From an uncultured Pseudomonadota bacterium (GTDB taxonomy: Bacteria > SAR324 > NAC60-12): a stretch of DNA of 10,741 bases. The translations under genes were made by a program, and so were the position numbers. Of this stretch, positions 1 to 5,908 are shown piece by piece. How positions within the stretch are numbered: the stretch's first letter is position 1; each line of letters starts with the position of its first letter. The DNA lies in NCBI GenBank assembly GCA_913020725.1, contig CAJWCD010000121.1, positions 1 to 10,741 on the forward strand. The letters run 5' to 3'. The notes under the pieces are model-generated. The model was not told the DNA's origin. It saw only the letters and a list, made by a program, of their open reading frames with translations, and did no database searches.

Positions 1-152
1 GCAGCTTGCCTCTCTTCACCAGACGGTGAGTTGCACTTACGAGTTGAATCCGCGCAAGCATCCCCGGACTTGCCGATTGCCCTATTGGCTGCCCTCTGCT
101 AAACAATTGGCACCCTGCAAGGGTTACCTCAATTCAACGGGAAAGGATTGCA

Positions 153-1208
153 ATGGAGAATGAGAAGATCAAGGAGTTCGCCGACAAGGTGTTCACCGAC
201 ATGGCTGGAGCAATGGGAGCCGGACTGGGCTATCTTGGCACCAAGACCGGATTGTTCCGGACGATGGCTGAGCAGGGGCCGATGTGCCTGGAGCAGGTGG
301 TGCGGAAATCGGGGCTGCAACCGCGCTATGTTGAGGAATGGCTGAAGGGGATGGCCTGCACGGGCTACCTGAACTATGACCCGGATGCGGAAACGTATGA
401 GTTGCCCGGGGAACACGCCTACCTGCTGGCCTCGGACGGGACGGATCATTTTGTGGGCGGGATGTTTGCCTGGGTTCCGTTTCTGATGAGAGTGGCGCCA
501 AGAGTCGCCGAGGCCTTTGAGCAAGGAGGCGGGGTGCCGTTTCAGGACTATGGAGCCGACAGTGTTGAGGCACTTGACCTGATGAATCGCGGCATGTACG
601 AGCACCGTTTTGTCAGCTACTGGCTTCAGGCGGTTCCGGAGGTGGTCGAGCGTCTGGAAGCCGGAGGTGCTGCACTTGATGTCGGATGCGGGGCAGGGCA
701 TGTCTCCCTGACCCTGGCCAAGGCGTTCCCCAAATCAAGCTTCACCGGTCTGGATTCCGATGAGGAATCCATCCGGCAGGCCAAAGCCAATGCGGAAGCG
801 GCAGGGATGCGTGAACGTGTCCGGTTTTTGGCGCAGACCACCAAAGAACTCGATGCCGGGCAAGGCTTCGACCTCATCACCGCCTGCGACTGCGTTCACG
901 ATTTTTCAAAACCTGTTGCCACGCTGCAGGAAATTCATGCACTCCTGAAACCGGAGGGCACCCTGTTCGTCATCGAACCGAAGGCGGCAGACCGGCTGGA
1001 GGACAACCTGAACCCGATTGCGGCCATGTACTACGGCTTCAGCGTGTTTCACTGCATGACACAGTCCCTCGCGCAGGGCGGTCCCGGCTTGGGAACCTGC
1101 ATGGGACCCGCCCGCTTGGAAGAACTCATCCGGGAGGCGGGGTTCACCCGCTTTGAGACTCTGGAACTCAAAAGCCTGATGAGCCTGTTTTATGCGGTTC
1201 GAAAATGA
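153..1208 (+). CDS. Class I SAM-dependent methyltransferase with N-terminal winged-helix region (Rv2258c-like)
   Basis: 351 aa; SAM motif I ALDVGCGAG, then FDLITACDCVHD and LLKPEGTLFVIE; N-terminal GLF...RYVEEWL and C-terminal SVFHCMTQSLAQGGPGLGT typical of this family; RBS AAAGGA at 142-147. Confidence 0.93.
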   Translation: MENEKIKEFADKVFTDMAGAMGAGLGYLGTKTGLFRTMAEQGPMCLEQVVRKSGLQPRYVEEWLKGMACTGYLNYDPDAETYELPGEHAYLLASDGTDHFVGGMFAWVPFLMRVAPRVAEAFEQGGGVPFQDYGADSVEALDLMNRGMYEHRFVSYWLQAVPEVVERLEAGGAALDVGCGAGHVSLTLAKAFPKSSFTGLDSDEESIRQAKANAEAAGMRERVRFLAQTTKELDAGQGFDLITACDCVHDFSKPVATLQEIHALLKPEGTLFVIEPKAADRLEDNLNPIAAMYYGFSVFHCMTQSLAQGGPGLGTCMGPARLEELIREAGFTRFETLELKSLMSLFYAVRK

Positions 1209-1245
1209 ACCCGAAAAACGAGCAGGCAACATCAGTTTCTATGCT

Positions 1246-1294
1246 TACAGGACTTACGCAAAAAACAACCCCAGTTTTTTGCGTAAGTCCTGTA
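1246..1294. repeat. Perfect 21-bp inverted repeat with 7-nt loop (terminator-like hairpin or minimal MITE/IS-end remnant)
   Basis: TACAGGACTTACGCAAAAAAC (1246-1266) is the exact reverse complement of GTTTTTTGCGTAAGTCCTGTA (1274-1294); loop AACCCCA. Confidence 0.9.
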
Positions 1295-1306
1295 GTCTTT
1301 AAATCA

Positions 1307-1327
1307 TTATTTAACAATGTTAGCATT
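1307..1327 (+). other. Putative integron recombination core site (attI-like) at the 5' boundary of a gene cassette
   Basis: TTATTTA-ACAAT-GTTAGCATT, with GTT at 1319; resembles the attI1 simple site (CCCTAAA-ACAAA-GTT); GTTAGCATT is the exact reverse complement of AATGCTAAC at 4852-4860, just after the gene's stop. GTTAGCA deviates from strict GTTRRRY. Confidence 0.5.
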
Positions 1328-1349
1328 CAAAACAAACAGAGGAGTTATA

Positions 1350-1523
1350 ATGTTCAGAAAGTTAGTAGCAGTTACCTTATTTGTTTCCTTCATTGCAATG
1401 GCAACATCTGGTTTGATGATGTTTTTTATTGAGAAACCTTCCTTCACAATACAAATGCATCCAGTTCACAAGTTATTTGGGCTCCTCTTGGTATTTGCAG
1501 TTATTGGTCACCTTCACAGCTAG
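1350..1523 (+). pseudogene. DUF4405-like small membrane protein, N-terminal half (interrupted near 1515)
   Basis: RBS GAGGAG just upstream of ATG 1350; MFRKLVAVTLFVSFIAMATSGLMMFF...HPVHKLFGLLLVFAVIGHL has two TM helices with His residues as in DUF4405; about 33% GC by hand count; ends at TAG 1521-1523 as the sequence turns GC-rich. Confidence 0.8.
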
Positions 1524-1599
1524 CGCCGCATCCGGCGCTTGTCCACCGCCGCTCTGCAACGTTTCCTTGCAGCTGCAGGGACGTGAGGTAGGTTCAATG

Positions 1600-1627
1600 A
1601 GGCGGCGTTTTATCGCCGCTTTTGTTT
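1600..1627 (+). terminator. Rho-independent terminator-like hairpin just upstream of the hydrolase RBS
   Basis: Stem GCGGCG (1602-1607) / CGCCGC (1614-1619), loop TTTTAT, followed by TTTTGTTT. Confidence 0.5.
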
Positions 1628-1646
1628 GCAGGAAAGGATGAAACTG

Positions 1647-3623
1647 ATGCCGATTACCCGCTTAGAGGTTTTGGAACGCACGCCTTATGAAAACGGGCGC
1701 CTGTTCGGTGCCGCTGGTGCCTATGAGCGGATTGACGCCATCGCGCATTATGTGGTCGATCCCGCGAACGGGGCGAACGCCGGTGTGGTGGATTTGGCGC
1801 TGGCGGAGCGTGGCGCTGATGGTTTGGTGCACTTCAGCGGTGACGTCACGGTCATCAAACCGGTCGATATGTCGGCAGGTAACTTGGCGTTGCTTCTGCA
1901 GGTACCAAACCGGGGCAACCGATCAGTGGCGCGGCTAAATTTGACACCCGTGGCGGCAGTGACCACGGCGGAAGTGGAACCGGGCGACGGGCATCTGTTC
2001 GAGAACGGCTGGACGGTGGCTTGGGCCGGATGGCAATGGGATGTGCCGCGTACGCCCGAGCGCATACGGATTGGCGTGACGCCGCCGCAGGTACAACCGG
2101 AGGCGCGAACGCCCGCGACGCAAATGCAGCTTCGCATCCAGCCCAATTCGCATGCAGAATGTTTTACGCTGACCGATCATCATGTCGGTGACCTTGGTAA
2201 TCACACGCCGATTTGCCCGCAATCCATGGACGACCCCGAAGCGCGCCTCTTGGTTCGCCGCACGCCTTATGAGGCACCGGAGACCATCGCACGTGAAAAA
2301 TGGCGCTTTGCAAAAGTCGTTGACGGCACCGTCATCGACGACGACGGGTATATCTGGCTTGAGAATGGATTTGAGCCGGGATTGATTTACGATGTTGTCT
2401 ATACGCCACTCGATTGTCCGGTTGTAGGGGCCGGGATGCTGGCGACGCGGGATCTTGCTTCTTTCCTGCGTTATGAGGAAGGGTCACCGCTTGCAGGTGA
2501 GCAGGTTCATGTGGTTGGCGAGGGCCAATCTCAATGTGGTCGTTTTCTGAGGACATATTTACACTGCGGCATGAACACAGATGAAGCGGGACGTCTGGTA
2601 ATGGACGGTGTCTTGGCGCATATCTCGGGAGGACGGCGGGGCGAGTTCAACAGTCGGTATGGTCAACCCTCGGTCCAACCGACACCTTCATTCGGACATC
2701 TATTCCCGTTCGCAGATTTGCCACAAAACGACCCCCTAACAGGGCGTGTTGGGGGTTTGTTGGATGTGCATCGGGCGAGCGGTAATCTGCCGAAGATCTT
2801 CTATACCGATACATCGGCGGAGTATTGGCGCGGCGACGCGGGGTTGAGCCATGCCAACCTCGAGAACGGCGGTGATGCTGAGCTACCGGACAATGTGCGG
2901 CGTTATCTCTTCGCATCGACACAACACGGACCGGGTGTCGCCGTCCTGACTGGTCGCACGCAGTTCGGCAGCGAGGGCTGCAATTTTTTGAACATTATCG
3001 ATTATCGGCCGCTCTACCGGGCTGCATTGGAAAACCTGCGCGCCTGGGTATCAGAAGAGTTGGAGCCGCCGAAGAGCGACTATCCGATGGCAGGTAAGGG
3101 AACGCGTAAGACGCGGCGCGAGGGCATTGCGGCCTTGGCCGTGATTGCTGGCCTCACACCGCCTGGCGCGGACGTCATGACGACCATGCACCCACTCGAC
3201 CTTGGCGCGGATGCGGAGAAGGGGATTGCCGTGATGCCGCCGGTGATCGAGACGGCCGCCTATCCCGATTACGTATCTGCCATGGATTGGGATGGCAACG
3301 AGACATCTGGTATACGCATGCCGGATGTTGCGGTGCCGGTCGCTACCCATACCGGGTTTAATCCCCGTAATCCGGAGACAGGTGGTACGGGGCAGTTGCT
3401 TGAATATGTTGGATCGACTTTGCCTTTTGCAAAGAATGCAGCAGCGCGCGAGGCTTCAGGCGATTCTCGTCTGTCTATTGCAGAGCGCTACGTGGACCGC
3501 GACGATTACCTTACCAAGGTGCGATCTGCGGCCGAAGAACTGGTGGCGAAACGTTATTTGTTAGCAGAGGACATTGAACTTTGCATCGAACTAGCGGGCG
3601 AGAGATACGATATTTGCGCGTAA
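1647..3623 (+). CDS. Alpha/beta hydrolase domain-containing protein (Abhydrolase_10-like, ~658 aa)
   Basis: RBS AAAGGA at 1633-1638 favours ATG 1647 (MPITRLEV); family motifs GAYERI, VPNRGN, GWQWD, nucleophile-elbow-like GQSQCGRFLR, TDTSAEYW, DGNETSGIRMPDVAVP, SIAERY...YL; no evident signal peptide. Confidence 0.85.
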   Translation: MPITRLEVLERTPYENGRLFGAAGAYERIDAIAHYVVDPANGANAGVVDLALAERGADGLVHFSGDVTVIKPVDMSAGNLALLLQVPNRGNRSVARLNLTPVAAVTTAEVEPGDGHLFENGWTVAWAGWQWDVPRTPERIRIGVTPPQVQPEARTPATQMQLRIQPNSHAECFTLTDHHVGDLGNHTPICPQSMDDPEARLLVRRTPYEAPETIAREKWRFAKVVDGTVIDDDGYIWLENGFEPGLIYDVVYTPLDCPVVGAGMLATRDLASFLRYEEGSPLAGEQVHVVGEGQSQCGRFLRTYLHCGMNTDEAGRLVMDGVLAHISGGRRGEFNSRYGQPSVQPTPSFGHLFPFADLPQNDPLTGRVGGLLDVHRASGNLPKIFYTDTSAEYWRGDAGLSHANLENGGDAELPDNVRRYLFASTQHGPGVAVLTGRTQFGSEGCNFLNIIDYRPLYRAALENLRAWVSEELEPPKSDYPMAGKGTRKTRREGIAALAVIAGLTPPGADVMTTMHPLDLGADAEKGIAVMPPVIETAAYPDYVSAMDWDGNETSGIRMPDVAVPVATHTGFNPRNPETGGTGQLLEYVGSTLPFAKNAAAREASGDSRLSIAERYVDRDDYLTKVRSAAEELVAKRYLLAEDIELCIELAGERYDICA

Positions 3624-4158
3624 AGTGACGGTCATTTGTGGCGTATTCCTATACAATATTTATAGGTGATGAGTTTATAATCACCAGGTTTTGCGTTTAA
3701 GACAGCGTAATCTCTTGTGGGGGACGGATTTCGCGAGAAGACGGCGTACCTTTTCGCAGGGTTAATTGCTGCTATGCCACCGTTGTGAGATAGCCGCGTC
3801 AAAACGGGTGTATCGGGCGACTCTGGCTCGACAATGCGGGAATGTTATTTTGGTGCGAAGGAAGAAGAGGCATTCGAAGATGTGCGAAATAATTTCTGCG
3901 CCAAATACAACGCCTGTCAATCCTGCGGAGCGGCGTCGAGCAGCACGAAAGTCGTCGGGCGTAACGAGTTCGATGACTCCGTGCAGGCGAATTTTTGTTT
4001 GGAGATAGGCGCTCAGTAGCCGCGTGAATGTGCTTGTTGTGCGACGAACTCGTATAGGTCAAGTAATCGAGGGGGTCCGCTGGTGCGGATTGCTGGAAGC
4101 CAGGGTGCTGGAAACCATGCAACGGCTGATGGAAGTAACGGTGGCATTATAGACGGCA

Positions 4159-4572
4159 TTAAGTGTCTCCCCCATCCCTTGAAATAGCATGCTGAATTTC
4201 TTCTTCCGGCATGTCATCAAAACTAGCGTAGTTCATGCGATAGAGGCGGGCATAGAGGCCGTCGGCTTCCATTAAGTGATCGTGGTCACCTTCCTCGATG
4301 ATGCCGCCTTCCTGCAAAACAATAATGCGGTCGGCGCCCCGGATGGTGGCGAGACGGTGCGCGATCACCGGGGCGGTGCGACCTTCCAGCAGGCGATTGA
4401 GGGCGCGTTGGATTTCGAGTTCCGTATAGCTATCGACGCTCGCTGTCGCCTCGTCGAGGACCAAGATTTTTGCATCGGCTACCAAGGCTCGGGCAAAGCT
4501 GATGAGTTGGCGCTGGCCGAAGGAAAGATTGACGCCACGCTGGTCAAGCATCGTTTGATAACCAGCTTCTAG
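4159..4572 (-). pseudogene. C-terminal fragment of an ABC exporter (MsbA/MdlB-like) ATP-binding domain, 5'-truncated
   Basis: Signature LSFGQRQ, Walker B/D-loop ILVLDEATASVD and H-loop IAHRL are present; Walker A, Q-loop and TM domain are absent; resemblance begins at LEAGYQT (~4572) and the first ~33 aa of the ORF-track call are unrelated. Confidence 0.9.
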
Positions 4573-4627
4573 TCCGAGGGGATTTCGACTTTGCCGCGGG
4601 GGCCAAACAAGATCGCGGGTGTTAGGC
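4573..4627 (+). other. Possible right arm of an attC site ending in a perfect GTTRRRY core
   Basis: ...AAGATCG-CGGGT-GTTAGGC, with GTTAGGC at 4621-4627; followed by a short leader with RBS-like GAGGG (4644-4648) and CCATAT; no matching left arm found. Confidence 0.4.
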
Positions 4628-4652
4628 TGGCTTTCACCAATTCGAGGGCCAT

Positions 4653-4829
4653 ATATTGAACTACCGTGCATTATTGAATCATTTAAAAACGAGATCAGTA
4701 TCCATACTTGGTGCAGGGTTAATTGTTATTTTTGTCCTACTTTATGGCGTATCACTCAACAATAAAGTTCCAAAAGAATTGGCAGAACCAATGGATGCCC
4801 TTGCTGCTAAAGTTGAATCAAGAGAATAA
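4653..4829 (+). pseudogene. DUF4405-like small membrane protein, C-terminal half (not in ORF track)
   Basis: Manual translation ILNYRALLNHLKTRSVSILGAGLIVIFVLLYGVSLNNKVPKELAEPMDALAAKVESRE*, stop TAA 4827-4829; completes the H-L-x-L-N motif, adds a third TM helix, and matches the AT-rich composition of 1350-1514. Confidence 0.8.
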
Positions 4830-4851
4830 ATGCAATGACTGCCTTTAATTC

Positions 4852-4869
4852 AATGCTAACAAAGCCATT
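4852..4869 (+). other. Putative attC left end (inverse core) of the DUF4405 cassette, truncated
   Basis: AATGCTAAC-AAAGCCATT starts 23 nt after the stop; TTCAATGCTAAC matches the reverse complement of 1319-1330 at 11 of 12 positions; no complementary right arm downstream. Confidence 0.5.
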
Positions 4870-4892
4870 GGGTTCTTGCGAGACCATCACCC

Positions 4893-5132
4893 ATGACTGA
4901 AATTTCTGCAAACCTGCCGGACACGCTGGGAGCTTCTCTTGAGTCAGTTGCAGCTCAACTTCGCCACCCTAAGTCGGAAGTCGTTCGTCAGGCAATCGAG
5001 TCCTATCTGGAAGATTCTGAAGACCTCACTCAGGCCCGTGAAGTCTTGCAGGACGACTCCGATCCGGCGCTGGATTGGGAAGGAGTAAAGCGTGACTTAC
5101 TCGATTCGTACCGACGGGAAGTTTATCGCTGA
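4893..5132 (+). CDS. Ribbon-helix-helix (CopG/RelB-type) antitoxin, probably orphaned; 3' end altered
   Basis: ISANLPD...LESVAAQLRHPKSEVVRQAIESYLED fits an RHH fold; acidic tail EDL...LQDDSDPALDWEGVKRDL is typical of RelE-associated antitoxins; the stop overlaps the recO 3' end by 10 bp. Confidence 0.8.
   Translation: MTEISANLPDTLGASLESVAAQLRHPKSEVVRQAIESYLEDSEDLTQAREVLQDDSDPALDWEGVKRDLLDSYRREVYR
5092..5110 (+). pseudogene. 5' stub of a RelE/ParE-type toxin gene
   Basis: AGGAG at 5081-5085, GTG at 5092, translating MTYSIR and overlapping the antitoxin 3' end as in relBE operons; the frame then runs antisense into recO and stops at 5190. Confidence 0.6.
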
Positions 5133-5908
5133 TTCGTCAGCAGCGCGTGGGATTTGGGTTCGCGTCCTAAGTGGCTGCGAAGGTAGGTGAAGAGGGCGCG
5201 GTCGAGTTCGCGTAGGTTGCTGCGTGTGGGTCGCACACCGTTGGAGCCCGGAAGTTGCACACGCGCCTGCACGAACCGTAGCGTTCCGGGCGCAAGCGGA
5301 GCCACGTCGGAATGCCGGGTGACGCACTGCGGGCAACGCACACCACCGAGCCGGGCATCGAGTTGATGCAGCATTTCCGGAACCGTTTGCGCTCCAGACG
5401 CGCCAGACGCTTTGCCCACCGTGCGATCACAAACACCACAACGCTCGAAATCCGGCAGCACTCCCAGCATTTTCAGGAAATTCAGTTCAAACACCAGCTT
5501 AGCTTCTTCCGGAGGGCTACCCGCCTCCAAGCGTTCGATCACCTCCAACAGAATCCGGAAACAAACAGGGGCATCCTGCGGCGGGATTTCCGAGAGCAGC
5601 GCCAGTTCCGCACAGTAACTGGCGTGGAGCAGGGCTTGGTAGTTGCGGCGCAAACCAATGTGGCTGCGGATCACCTCGGCGTGGTGGATGCGCACCATCT
5701 CTGAGTGCAGACGTTCGGAAAATTGGATGCGCGCCAGCACGAAGGGTTCCGAAACGCCAAGGTTTTTGGAGCGGATGCTTTTTGCGCCAAAGAGCACACC
5801 GGAGTGTTTGCCCTGCGTGGCCGCAAGGAAGGTGAGGATGCGATCCTTCTCCCGGAAATCGAGAGGCTTGAGGATCAGGCACTCCTCCTCATGCGGGAGG
5901 GGCATCAT
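5123..5908 (-). CDS. recO: DNA repair protein RecO
   Basis: N-terminal ILKPLDFREKDRILTFL...GKHSGVLFGAKSIRSK...EPF; C-terminal FELNFLKMLGVLPDFERCGVC...GGVRCPQC zinc finger; likely start ATG 5908 or 5905, overlapping the upstream stop. Confidence 0.93.
   Translation of the reverse strand: MMPLPHEEECLILKPLDFREKDRILTFLAATQGKHSGVLFGAKSIRSKNLGVSEPFVLARIQFSERLHSEMVRIHHAEVIRSHIGLRRNYQALLHASYCAELALLSEIPPQDAPVCFRILLEVIERLEAGSPPEEAKLVFELNFLKMLGVLPDFERCGVCDRTVGKASGASGAQTVPEMLHQLDARLGGVRCPQCVTRHSDVAPLAPGTLRFVQARVQLPGSNGVRPTRSNLRELDRALFTYLRSHLGREPKSHALLTNQR

Larger units (their letters stand above)
1515..4652. mobile_element. ~3.14-kb foreign insertion interrupting the DUF4405-like gene; no transposase, integrase, terminal inverted repeats or clear target duplication
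   Basis: Flanks rejoin into one continuous ORF of about 113 aa (...VIGHL-x-LNYRALLNHLK...); flanks are about 33-40% GC versus about 65% in a sampled line of the insert; junctions are uncertain by a few bp. Confidence 0.7.

Noticed and set aside
1..10. GCAGCTTGCC repeated at 9708-9717 in another intergenic region
   Set aside because: A 10-bp match is expected by chance and does not extend
1524..1536. CGCCGCATCCGGC matches part of the enterobacterial REP consensus
   Set aside because: Single partial copy with no GTAG end and no RAYT gene; likely coincidence in GC-rich DNA
3665..3685. GGTGAT/ATCACC inverted repeat after the hydrolase stop
   Set aside because: A 6-bp stem without an adjacent U-tract is too weak to call as terminator or operator
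1515..4652. Insert as a group I/II intron, since both gene halves share a frame
   Set aside because: No GTGYG 5' end or domain V motif seen on either strand, no RT or homing endonuclease, and the cargo is ordinary metabolic genes; shared frame has a 1-in-3 chance
4573..4671. N-terminal extension of the ABC ORF called from 4671
   Set aside because: No ABC similarity; it runs across the junction segment and antisense to the DUF4405 C-terminal half
3756..4725. 13-bp direct repeat GCAGGGTTAATTG at 3756-3768 and 4713-4725
   Set aside because: About one such match is expected by chance in 10.7 kb, and it does not coincide with the junctions
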